NCBI GenBank assembly: GCA_040954595.2
Contig: CM082579.2
Span: 7,181,625-7,245,624 of the forward strand
DNA length: 64,000 nucleotides
Direction of reading: 5' to 3'
Source of the DNA: Balanoglossus misakiensis
Lineage: Eukaryota > Animalia > Hemichordata
The notes under the pieces were generated by a model. It had not been told where the DNA came from and did no database searches. It worked only from the letters and a program-made list of their open reading frames with translations. The number at the start of each line of letters is the position of its first letter. Within the stretch, counting starts at the first letter, position 1. Position numbers and translations under genes: made by a program. Positions 13,449 to 25,800 of the stretch are shown here, piece after piece.

Positions 13449-16400
13449 ATGGTGGAAGGGCCGGGATGTAAGGTGAACGGCGAGAGGCTGGCCAAAATTA
13501 AAGGCCAACAAGTGAAGCGCGTCAGTGGCTCAAAAGTTGACAAGGTAACAGTGTAACCTTTCAAAACATTAGCAAAACAGCTGTACAAAAAGTTTATGTA
13601 TGAAACTTTGAAGAAAACAATCCTTAGTGCCATAATTGCCATTTTCCTTGTTCTACATCTACATTGTAGCAAAGTAACTCAACTTCAAGAAAGTCTGTAG
13701 AAGTTGTAATTGGATGTTTTATCACTGGCATAGAAACCCTCGGTAAAGAGCTATTCATACACTGTGGTGAATACTGTATCAGGTAAATATAACCTTGGGT
13801 TGAAGGGACTGTGGGGCAATGAAAGGTAGTTGTCAGTGATTTCTAAGTGGGAGGGCTAAAGAAAGGTTGGGTCAGGCATGTAAAGGTAATCTGATATATG
13901 TGGAATGGGTCAGTCTAATGTTGTGTATAACATTTGCTTTTTTTGTCCAAGTACATGTAAATGTTCTTGTTCAAAAGGGGTAAATTACGAAAGTCATGAT
14001 TTCCCAATATAGTATACCCCATTTCACTTCTAATTCCAGGGTTCATTTTCTGATGAACGGCGCACTAAGATTGTCATCACAGGCAGGTCAACACTACAAG
14101 AGCAAATCAGAACTGACACTGTCAATTGAACTTAGCAATGATACGGTCACTATTTATGAGTCGGCTGTTGACATCAGGTACATGTAGTATTTATAATTTA
14201 ACAGTGAGAATATTGCTGATGGTGTGTTTATAAACAGAAATGTCGCACATGTGCAGTTGAGACAAATTAACGCCCCCCTTTAAAGAAAAACTTTCTTATG
14301 TGCTTTTCTTTTTTTAATTATAAAAGAGTAAGTGAGGAATGCCATGCAAAGGTTCTCAGAATGCAAGACGTGGATATCTGCTCCAAACACTTCAGTTTTA
14401 GTCGTGCTGCCTCACTAGTCACAGCACAGAATGAAAGAATGCTTTGTGATGTCTTGTTGGATCAAGACGTCTTACCTGGAGTGGGCAACATCATCAAAAA
14501 TGAGGTATGCATGCTCAGTTATTTAAGTCATTTAATGTGTCCATATCTAGGTTCTTGTTTTATTTTATTTTATTTTATTGGTGGTATCATGACTATTTGA
14601 TTATCTATCTGCCTTCTTAACTCTTCAGGCTCTTTTCGACAGTGGATTGCATCCTGCATTGAAGGTATGGGAATTTCCTTATATGAACAGCAAAGTAGCT
14701 AGAACAAGAACACTCAACAATTCTATACATTGTATGCGTGATGGTTCGCTGTTGTTAATGACATGATTGCACTTGAAATGGATCCACGTTCTTGATATGT
14801 ACATGTGGGGTATGATTTTTCAGGTGTCATCCCTGTCTACGCAGTTTATCACTCACTTGCTGAATATGACCAGGGATTTCTCCATGCTCTTCTATCGGGT
14901 GAGAATTAACTAAATTTAATGTTCAAAAATTTAACAAGTTTGCAACACACTAACACTCACATATGATACATGGTGACAAATGAACTTGCAATTTTTTTAC
15001 ATACCGTATACATACATACATACATACATACATACATACATACATACATACATACATACATACATACATACATACATACATACATACACACATACATACA
15101 TACATACATACATACATACATACATACATACATACATCATGGATTTTTAATGTTACAGGTTATAACCTTTATGCACCATGAAACTGTAATATGTATGAAG
15201 TACTTTGTCTTGTTATTAATATTGATGGCGTTTTGTACTTTTCTCTTGCACAGTGCAGAAAAACAGGTGATGGTTTGTCAAAATATTGCAAAATTTACAA
15301 GAAGGACAACTGTCAACAATGTCGGGGGAGAATAACAACTTGCAGACTGGGAGATAATGGCAGAATGACATACTTTTGTTCAAACTGTCAAACATCCAAA
15401 CCTGATTTTCAAAACATAAGGTAAGTGTAAGACAGTCCTTGAATTTGAAACCATTGAAAAATAGAGAAATTCATCAAATGTTTCTCACGCAAGCTATGCT
15501 ACACAGAACAAATAAACAGTCGTTTGATGTTTGCAACAAGTTGCCTGTCTTCTACTGTTCATGCTGGTACCATCCATGGTCTAGCAGATTACCTGGAGTA
15601 TGTATAATGATATTTTTCATCTTTCAGATTACCCTCAAAGAATAGTCTGATTGGTTGGGTTAGAGACAACATTAATGCAAAGTGGACATGTTCAGTTTGC
15701 ACATTAATAAATTCTCATTCGAGAAGTGTGTGTGAGGTATGCTCTTCTCCGAAGCCTGACAACGCATGGCAAAGCAAAGACGAGGTTCTGCAGGGGACAA
15801 AAGGAGTCAGGAAAGCCCCTGCAGTATCAAACTTTTCAGTGTCAGAACCACCAGCAAAGAGAAGTCGAACGGAAGTTGTTGGTGGAAAAACACAGGCTGT
15901 AGCAGAAGATGGTGGTGTCCAACATGCGCAGCATAAAAGCATGACAACTTCAAAAGGAGAGAGTCCACTTCCAGGATTAAAGGCCAAGAATTTCCTCCCC
16001 TCACAGCTGCAAGGGCCCTGTTCACAAGCCTCAGCTTCTACACCCTCTTGCAGCCGTTCAGGAGAATTGAGTGGATCGCATCTAACCGTCAAAGCCAAAA
16101 GTTTTAGTCAAGGAATCAGTGTTCCAAACAGGATTGCAGATTCAGTAGATCGGCAACCAAACGGTGATAAAACTCCCCCTGTGTGTCCAAAGCACAATAA
16201 ATCATGTGTCACCAGAAAAGTTGTGAAAAAAGGAGAAAACCAGGGCAGACCATTCTATGCATGCTCAATGCCAAGGGACAAACAATGTGGTTTCTTCAAG
16301 GTAAGACGTATGCCATGTAAGATTATATCGTGGCATGTTACAACACATGTACCTCAACCATGGGCAATTTGAGGCACCCAGACCTGCATGTATGTGCAAA

Positions 16401-16730
16401 TAGACATGCACCTATGAATGAGGGGTGGAGGGAGCAATGAGTAGAACATAGTCAGTCGAGTTTAAGCAAACTTTATATTATTTTTGCAAGTAATTATCAG
16501 CCTTTAAACCCTTATCTAGTACCGGGTTATTAGAATAATAACTAGTTTCTCTTTTTTTGCAGTGGGCTGATTTGAACTTCCCAGTGTGTTCTGGACACGG
16601 AAAACGATGCAAGATCCACACAGTTTTAAAACTTGGACCAAATAACGGAAGATCCTTCTTTACCTGCCCACTTGAGAAGGGGAAGCAGTGTAATTTCTTT
16701 CAGTGGGAGATTGCCCGTTGTGGTCCCTAA
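13449..16730 (+). CDS. NEIL3: endonuclease VIII-like 3 DNA glycosylase (NEIL3), complete, 547 aa
   Basis: Exons 13449-13544, 13670-13782, 14040-14177, 14327-14504, 14629-14664, 14824-14898, 15254-15420, 15628-16300, 16563-16730 sum to 1644 nt in one frame. Diagnostic N-terminus MVEGPGC (Val2 in place of the Fpg/Nei Pro2), ETLGKELF, H2TH motif LLDQDVLPGVGNIIKNEALF, Fpg-type zinc finger (CQQC..RMTYFCSNCQ), RanBP2/NZF finger (WTCSVCTLIN..CEVC), two GRF zinc fingers (CPKH..GENQGRPFYAC..CGFFKWAD; CSGH..GPNNGRSFFTC..CNFFQW). Confidence 0.96.
15008..15137. repeat. (TACA)n microsatellite, ~32 units
   Basis: Near-perfect tetranucleotide array in NEIL3 intron 6. Confidence 0.97.
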
Positions 16731-17559
16731 CGCGCACCAATAGCATGCAAAATATATTAATTTTACGATTTATGTACCAAGAGTTTTTCAGGGTAATTTG
16801 CTTAGAACTAATCATACCATTCAAGGAACTATGTAATGTGTGTTTATAGACATTCAAATGAATAGCATAGCAGTTCATCATTGTAAAGACAAGAAGACAG
16901 TGCTAAAATTTTCTTGATTGAGCCGCTAAAATACAGAATATTTGTAAATTAAGACGTGTAAATCAGTTTTACCGTAGATGGCATCCATTATGCAGTTTTA
17001 TGTTTTAATAGTTGGACTACTTTATTTGTTTTCATGCATTCTGTTAAGTCCTCACATTTTTTTAATGTAAATAAAGATAATGTTTGTATATAAAAATGTC
17101 TTTTAATAAATTCTGTACTGGCAGACAAACCAGACTGTGGTCCAAAGTGATGAATACATGTAATAGGATTAGTGCATTGGTTGCTACCTGTAATAGAAAG
17201 AAAGTACTGGAACATAAACACCAGATGTAAACACTCCCTTCATATGTTAGGAGACCTGTGACATTTACATTTGTGAATTTGATCGACAGTACTGTAGTGT
17301 TCATTATGTAATTTATACCACAAGGAATAGAGTGATAAATTGTATAAATCATGTTTTTGTTCATTATAATGATGATGATGATGATGATAATAAATATTCT
17401 TTAAAAAAAACAATGTGGCATTCCTTGCTGTTTGTCAATGTTCAATAACTGATAAAAGAACACTATACATATTGATACTATTATTGATTCTTGAGTAAAG
17501 CATTATTTAGATTTCATAATGACATATTGATATACAACCAGATATGAACTGAATATGCT

Positions 17560-18385
17560 CATGTGTATGTACATATTTGACTGAAAATGTACAGTAAATT
17601 ATAATTCAACTTTCTTTTAATGCATCTGATCGCTTTATCTAGTTCTATCTTTATGAAATCACTAATACTAGTAAGTTTCATTGATTGTAGTGATTAATAG
17701 TGATAATTGCACTAATTTGTTAAATATTCAAATTAGTACCTAATTAACACGACACATTAATTTAAGATACAAGTAGAAATATTCAAAAAGTATCAAAATT
17801 TGCACTCTATTGATTAAAAATTAAGTTTTGTCTAAATACAGTTTAATAGATTGGACAATATCTCTGGCAAATTTCATCAGATTTGGTGCAGCATCTCTGG
17901 ATTTATAAGGCTAACTGCACAAATTCATTAAATAAGCAAATCAGCCATTGTTTAACATGAAACCGCTAAATGTGTCATATCACAGGCAGATGAACATTTG
18001 TATGTCTGATAACTCAGTCAGACCTCTGTCAAATGAATATTTGTTGCAAGTTCCACACAATTCAGTGCAATAATTAAAGAAATATAGCACTAATTAGAAA
18101 AGTTCTTAAATTATGCAAATGAGCAGATAATTGACACGACACATATACATGTAGTTCTATCCTATTCACATGAGAAAATTAAAACCTTGATAACTTCATT
18201 AATATGCAAGCCTTTCCCACCAAAATCTGATCAGTTCTTACCATTCTAACCCTGAACCTGTGTACTAAATTTGACTGGAATCCATTCAGCCAATCTTGAG
18301 ATATCGTGTTAAACAGACAGACAGACAGACACAGATACATATGGACGAACAGACGCACACACTGACGGACATCAATACGACATTA
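17560..18385 (+). mobile_element. degraded non-autonomous interspersed repeat with (GACA)n tract, DINE-1/HINE-like
   Basis: Recurring internal motifs (aaatttcatcagatttggtgca / aagttccacacaattcagtgca, aatt.acacgacaca, octamer-like atgcaaat) followed by ttgagatatcgtgttaa and (acag)n at ~18313-18370. Boundaries are approximate and the family is inferred from architecture only. Confidence 0.4.
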
Positions 18386-18879
18386 AAATTGTCGTCTCCA
18401 CCTCGGGGTAAATTTCAAGAAAAATGCTGGCCTTCAAACCGTTCAATTTTGATTTTGTGAAAGAGGACTATTCAAAGAAAAGAAGAAAACATGTTTTCAT
18501 AAAAATCCATATATTAATTTTCCACCATATAGTTAGCATGGGACATTGGTGGCCATTTTGAATTTTCAATTTTTAAGTGATCTGGCTCTCTCTTGAAAGT
18601 TTTGCATGGTTACATTCTATTTTTTATTTTAAGAGTGAATTATTATGAAGATTCCTGGAGAAAAACACAAGAGAAGGTTTATAATTTAGATTTTCAAGGT
18701 TAAATCGGGGGTTAAATAAGTTCTAGTAGGCCTAGTCTACACAGTGACTGTCAGTGTGAAACGACTCATCTCACAGTCTCAGGATGATAAGCTGCTATGT
18801 CACCTAATTTTTGATTTTCAGAGATTGAACAACAGAAAACATTTGGTATTTAAAATTGGTGTGCACATGAACAAGTTGC

Positions 18880-19240
18880 GTTCAGCGTGATCTGATGTAA
18901 TCTAATGCGATCATGCTTGCGTGCACGTGGCTGAAGCCATTTTGTTAGTTGTCACGTGACCACCACAACAGCACTGCACCCACCCCACATGTCAGATATG
19001 TAAATTAAGTAACAGCGATTGTCTTCTTTTCGACAATTGCTGCTCTATCGGACATCAAGGGGTTATCAGGTATCATATGGACGGACTCTTGCACTAAATT
19101 TAAACAATACTGTCGGTTTTCGCTGATTTTTCGTCCTGGTCGAGCTGCTTGTTTTCATGCTGATTGAGAAACCACGTGGTTTCGTTCTGGCGCGTGCCAA
19201 TCCACCCACAATGCATCACGTTTGAGGGCCACGCGTTGGA
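18880..19240 (+). promoter_or_regulatory. probable MGA promoter and first non-coding exon with E-box cluster
   Basis: Start of a CpG-rich island (~18880-20010); CACGTG at 18924, 18953 (palindromic GTCACGTGAC) and 19173; YY1-like GCCATTTT at 18936; candidate donor cag|gtatca at 19069/19070. Confidence 0.55.
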
Positions 19241-20669
19241 CGATCAGAATGGCGTATGCAGTGGTGAGTTTCTACTTATTTTTCTAGCTATAGAAACGAC
19301 TTTAGTTTCGTTAATCAAAATGACTCTTTCTCGTATCTTCAAACTCGTCCACCATAGACCGGATTCACTGAAACATTTCGGTAAAATCATATCCGGTGGT
19401 ATTCTGTGGTGGATAGACAAATGCACGGTAACGAGGCAGGCAAGGCTCAGGCGCAGGGGCCCTATGGATGACGGGTATCACGCAGTGTCACGTCACACCT
19501 CGAGAAATCCTACACGCCTAAACAGGCAACAACGTAGGAAAGCTCGCGATTCTTGTGTAAAACAGAGTCGCACTCCTCGTTGGACAGTTTATTTTTTGCA
19601 TTGCGTACCAGCTTGTATCGAACAACGTATCCAATGTTGACACTCGTATCTGTTGTCGACCCAATTTCCATGCTTTCGCGCGTTCGGGAAAGCTAGCTGT
19701 TGTCGACTTCATTTCGATTTGCATATTCAAATATGTTTACACTGGCTGAACGTACGTACGTAAGTTGAAGGCCAAGCAGGACCCACCCTGTACGCATGGT
19801 ACAGTCTCATTCGCCTATCAGCCGACGATATTAGCACTGTATGTTCCGGATCCCATGGCGATATGATCGTCAAATGTGTTTAGTGAGAGCATTTTCGCGT
19901 GGCCATGTCACGATACTGCCCTTGTTGAAGTGGGGTCTATTCACTAACTAGAACGGGCCGGACATACGGCTTACCATTTACTACTCCAGCCTCGATCTCA
20001 CGACAATCGTGCATGTTGTAGTGATCATCTCACACTGTTCAACTGTAGGACCAAAACGCAGTTGCCATAACTTGCTGTGAAATTCGTTCTAATCACTACC
20101 TCCAAGCATTGATGCGCTTATTACAGTTAATGTAATCATTAAGGTCAATGACCTTTGTCTTCACAATAAAGTATTTTAGACTAAAGCAGTAAAGGCTTTT
20201 TATTTTGGTGATAAATATTGATGTATTCAAAGTGAAATAATGGGAAATTGTCAGTGGATTGGCCAGTGCAGTGTTACAAATTCTCAGTTTTTGTTTCATG
20301 AATGATTTGGCCGAAAATCAGTATGACAGATTTAGTTATGTAATCTCATTTACACCTAATTTAATATGCTCCTTGATGAAGTGTCATGTGAACTTAGTCT
20401 TGCACATGTATTTTGTTAAAAGTTTCAATATATATTGGTGAAAGTCTTCAGCTTTTTAATCCCAGCTTCTGGCATTAGTTCCCCTTGATATTGAATGTTT
20501 GTGTGTTGGATGACCCAAAAGTATCATATTGAAATATTTATGATACAAATCCATTTTCTTTTTGATAAAGCTAATGAAGAATGTGTGTCGTTTTAATTTC
20601 AGTAGTGTGTATTTATCTTTTTTTCTTTACAACTTTTGTCAAATAGGTTTTGTTTTTTCTTCTTTTCAG

Positions 20670-20733
20670 ACTTACAATAATAAATGAAAAATATTTAAGA
20701 CATGTTTTAATTTCATTCAAAGACGTGAATAAA
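20670..20733 (+). other. candidate 5' UTR exon of MGA
   Basis: Strong pyrimidine tract plus cag (ending 20669) and aaa|gtaagt donor; contains two tiny uORFs (MKNI*, MF*). Confidence 0.5.
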
Positions 20734-21539
20734 GTAAGTACTCTGATTTATCTTCGATGTGTTGCATGATTGTGGTATAAACTATTTATTGGCACTATGA
20801 TAAAAGTCAAATTAAAAGCCAAAATACGTACACGAAGAGTTTCAATATCAATTTTCTCCCCAGGGAGTATCAGCCAATTTGCGTAACAATACAATTAATT
20901 GTTATGATAATGAGATTCTTTTGTTTCTCCAAAATTAAAGGGTATCAGCTGATACTCTTGAGTTGTTCTGGGGAGAACATTGAATAGTGTTGTAAATGTG
21001 TCAGCAAACTACATCATCAGTAATTTTATTGACAAACAGGTTGATGCACTATAGCCGTCCCTAGTAACTCCAATGTTTGGCTACTTGATCAGTATTTTTA
21101 TCTTTGGATAGCTTTGTGAAATTTCAAATGTTCATTCTTTTGCCTTTCAACAAAGCATGTATAAGTTTAACAGCCATTGATATTGTTAACAAATTAATTG
21201 AGGTGCAGGCTAGAATTTAAATTTCAGCAACAGTGCTGATTACTACAATAGTACTCTGATGAAAAACCAAATACTATGCATTTCTTATGTTTATGAAATG
21301 ACACCCAAAACAAAAATACTGACAAAATAGCTCAAAATCAGAGTTACTGGAGCTTTCAGTGCATATCTAAAAATGTAAGAAAATAGTTTGTACTTTAATA
21401 TTTGGTAAACAGATGCATTCTGGGTGAGTGATCTTCACAGAAAGAATTAAACAAAAATCCCACTTGCTTGTGTTTGTATACATAGTCGACAAAACATCCC
21501 TGAAACAAAAATGACAAGGGGAAAATTATCAATATATGT

Positions 21540-22150
21540 ATTTAAAACTACCCGTACTGAGTACACGGCAACCCCACACTGCCAGAGGTCTCATTTACGC
21601 ATAAATCCTGCATATTTGACCCCTTTTTGTTTTACGTAGCCCATACGTCGTAGCAATGAACCCACTCTTTATTTAGCATGACATGGCTGCCAAAGGCCAC
21701 GTACACCAGTCAAATTTGACCTGTGAACACATTTCCGCATAGTGTGCAGAATCGTTTTAGCGGTTATCGTCGCGCTAAGAAGCGATACTAGTGGAAGAGT
21801 ACGTCCAAAAACACCCCAAAAAATACTGAAATCCACAGATATAACGACCATATTCGAAAACAAAATCCCTCACAATCTTCTCTGGTTCGAGCAACTAATG
21901 AATATGTATCAAGTTCATTTTTCAGGTCACGGAATAAAAAGCCTTAGGGTTTTGACATTTGACCTATCTAATTTGCATATCAATTGCTTCAGGGGGCGCC
22001 TGCTCACAAACGTGCAGATTTAGTTAGGGCTCGGGGAAAGCCAAAATTCATGGGCTCGGAAGCCACGCCCATGAATTTTTGGCTTTCCCCTCGCCCTTGC
22101 CCATAAACAAACGTTAATGGTCAGGGCGTCGTCCATTATTTCTATAATAT
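21540..22150. mobile_element. non-autonomous element with subterminal mismatched hairpin (22026-22097)
   Basis: GC/CpG-richer block inside an AT-rich intron; stem ggggaaagccaaaattcatgggc / gcccatgaatttttggctttcccc flanked by tc/tc mismatches. Ends are approximate. Confidence 0.5.
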
Positions 22151-22800
22151 TTATGTAGGTATTTGTATTAACGGAATGAGAGGTTACGCAAAAAAGTGTA
22201 TTATGCGCATACGGTATTTTTCGTACACATTTTCCTGATAGCAATGTGTTTCACTACGCAAATATTGGTGTCCGTTAGTAGCCCTATTTTGTTAGAGAAA
22301 TGGCTTCAGCCATTGTTCCTTCAATTAAAATTGCAACAGAGTTGCTTTTAATATGCACTGCTTGTAAATTGTAAAATGTTGCAAAATCGAACGTTAAATC
22401 ACGTCAAAGATCATGTCCTTACTGCCGTTACGACAGTCTCCTCAAACATGAGACATAGGCCAGATTTGGAAGCCGGGTTTAAACTATAATTGCGCGTGCC
22501 CACGGACACCCACATTTCTGGGAATCTTATTGTAAAATATGAATATGCACAGTGTTCTCCCCAGGATTTGGGGAAACCGTAACGGCTAATTTGCCTATTA
22601 ATTTACATACAATTTACATATCATTAGCATTATTTTTGTCTTGGTGACAAAATTTCAAAGCGGGCGATAGATGCAACAATTAGTTTTTTATGCATTGCTT
22701 CTGAGAAGCATATACTTATTTTGGCAATTCCTGTCAATAGGAAATAATTGTTTCTTTGTCTGATTTCTGTTTCCTATTCATTTTCAGTTTGGAGTGTGAC

Positions 22801-25800
22801 ATGGCTGCAATGAAAGCTTCAATGGCGACAGTGGCCAGTCTGGACACAGGCGTTCAGAATCAACCAGTGCCTGGAACAAGCGATGGGAATCCCACTATGA
22901 AGAGGCTGAAAATTACAGCAAGGAAATCAACTCACAGTGGTAAATCATTGGTAGCTAGGCAGATGTTGCAGAACCTGGCAAGCCAACCACTGCCCGTGAG
23001 TGTTGAAGGACCTCCGTCTACTTCAAAGGTGACACACGCCGGTATACCCCCCAGCAGTAGTAGTGATAATTTCTCAAGGGCCAAGAAAACAATGCCAAAG
23101 TCCAGCAAGGAACGACCGGAAGCGACAAGGGCCAGGAAAACGGCCAAATGGGTGACGAATAGAACATTTCCCGTCAGTTGCCGTAAACAGGAAGAAATGT
23201 TCAGAGGAGGAGTTAGTGTCATTTCAGAGAAGAAGTCTCCCTCAGAAGTACCCCTGAGAAAAGCAAAAGAAGTGAGAAAAACAAACTCCATGACAACCGA
23301 TAAGTCGTTTTACTTAAGATGTAAAGAACAAGAAGATGAAGTTCTGTCAAAGTACAGGACATTAGTTGCTGCGGCAGAAATATCCCAACCCAATGATGTA
23401 GGAACCAGCTCGCCCAAGAATCCTAAGAAAGTCAGTCCATTCAGAATCAGTCCGAAGTTAACTGATGGATCTGACAGAAAAGAGCCAAGGTTTGAGCTGC
23501 GGGTGGTTCTGGAGCCCTTGCCCAAAGAATATCAACATCTGGTGACATCGGCAAAGAAATCCCCCTCCAGCACCTCTCCAACAAAGCCAGTGGAATCACC
23601 CGAGAAGAAGCCGAAAACAGAGGATCCATCATTGGAAACCCCTGCAAAAGCTACTGATGCACCACCTTTAGGAAAGAGGATGTCCACTAGCATATATGCC
23701 ATAGGGAGGAGACAAGTAGGGCACCCAAGCGCAAACATCAAGGCTGAAACGTCCCCAAAAGAACATTCTGGTAGAGTCAAGAAATCTTCGGCAACTTCTC
23801 CAAAGACGGCGTTAACATCACCAAAGAAGACAGTCGCATCTCCAAGCCAGTCTCAACAGGGCCAGTCTGGGCAGGGAATGTCGTTGGACATTCTTTCTTT
23901 ATCACCGAAGATCCATGTTTATCCAACATCTATAACAGAGGCCGCATCATCAACTAGTACATTTACTTCACTGAAATATGTTTCTACATCCAAAAGTCAG
24001 TCTGAAGATGAAGGATTTGCTTCAGTGACTACTCCACCAAAGACAGAACAAGCCCCTGCTCCAAGTGGTGCAACAAAGTCTCCCAAGCAGTTTGCAGTGA
24101 TGCCATTCAGAGCTACATTCACTTCACCCAAGAAAGCACCGACGTCGCAAAGTCAATCTATCATGAAAATGTCAGCCACATCTTTTGCGTCACCTACAAG
24201 GACAGTCACATCTCCAGGCCAAACTTTGCAGAGAGGAGCTTCATCGCCCCCATTCAGTTCACCAACTAGGATGAACACTTCTCCAAGTCAATCTAAGGAT
24301 AATGCATTCGCTATGTTTCATGTAACAAAGAAGAGGGTCACATCTCCAGTTCAGTCTGCAAACCGTGCATCAGGAGCGATAAGCTCTGAAGACAGTGATG
24401 ACAAGTCTGTCTCTCCAAGTCTAAAGCGAGCCGGTACATCCGTTGACGTTAACAATTGCAAGAAGACCAAACAGCTCGATAATGATCTAAGTGCGGAACC
24501 CCCAAGCAAGACTGACACACCTAAAAGGAACATCTTTGATACTCTACAAAGGGATCTATTTTGCATGGAACAAAAGACCACGCATGTAAAAGAAGAGCAA
24601 CAGTTAAATAAACGCAAAATGGCTGATGGTGATTTTAAAGAGGAAGATGTAACGAGGAATAAAAAGACGTGTATTTATGAACTTGATAAGGCTGAATCAA
24701 TGACTAGACAGATACTGTCATTCCCAAATAGTGGTGAAGGGAATGTTGTATCAGACATTTGTATGACTGAAAACAGTGGACCCCTTGTACACAACAAAGG
24801 AGACTTCTCGGCACAAACTAGTGAAAAAGACAATTCCTGCCCGTCATTTCAGGAAGCCTATGGCAGTGTTGAGAAAACCCGTGCATCTGATGGATCACCC
24901 CCAAAGACATTGTTTCAAGTGTTCCACCCTCCTCCCAGTATTTCAAACTCAGGAGACGAAGAAGAACTTGAAAATGACATTGGCAGTGATGTATCAAATG
25001 ATGGATGTGCACAATCCTATTCATCTTCAAGTTGTTATGGAAAATCAGAACAGCCTGAAAAATCTCCAGAAATAGAGAAGGTTCGACCAGACTTCGATGA
25101 GGTGGACGACATTATCTTCATGTCCTTTGCGAGCAGTGATGCAATCCATATCCACTCGAACGTCGAAGCAACTGCGCGGAAAGAACTCGGCACAAAACAT
25201 GTTAGCTTCCTCAAGGACATCTCCCAGTATCATGTTTTAGATCAGAGAAAGAAGGACAGCGACGGTAATAAACCCCAGAAAGCATCGGGCAGTCAAGACT
25301 ATCGCAGTATGCGAGGTACCCACATGCGAATCAAAAAGTATGAGCAAATGCTGAAAACTGAGCTGCAGAAAAGAACGAGCCACGACACTTTGCATCCTGA
25401 TTTGAGGAAAAGTTCGGCAGATCTCCACAAAAGTCTCCAAGTCAGTTTCAACCTCCAACAACTGGGCGTACAACTAAAGCCATCAGAGGAGGAGAGCAGC
25501 GGTCTCTCAAATCCAACGGCTGAAAGCAACATGCCTCCGAATGTTATCAAGAAACCGGCCCCTCCACGCATTCCAGACGATGTTCTGAAAGCATTGGTTA
25601 AAATATTAAAGAAGCCGCCACAGAACAAAACGCAAACGAAAGAGACGGTTGCACTGGACAGCTCAGGTGGCAGTATGTCAATTTCAGATTTGACGTCAGC
25701 AGTGAAGTCGTACAGCGACGCAACAGGGAACAGTATCGTCATCTTGCAGCAGCCAGACGACGTAGCAGCAGCACAACCCTTGCCGCAGTCGAAACCCGCG

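Noticed and set aside
14970-15335. ORF with (YIHT)n repeats
   Set aside because: Translation of the intronic (TACA)n microsatellite.
19164-19640. 158-aa ORF in the CpG island
   Set aside because: Non-ATG start and no recognisable motif; explained by low stop-codon density in a promoter island.
22756-22800. ORF-track start (MSDFCFLFIFS) of the 3008-aa ORF
   Set aside because: It begins at a TTG inside the polypyrimidine tract of the acceptor at 22787; the first real ATG is at 22801.
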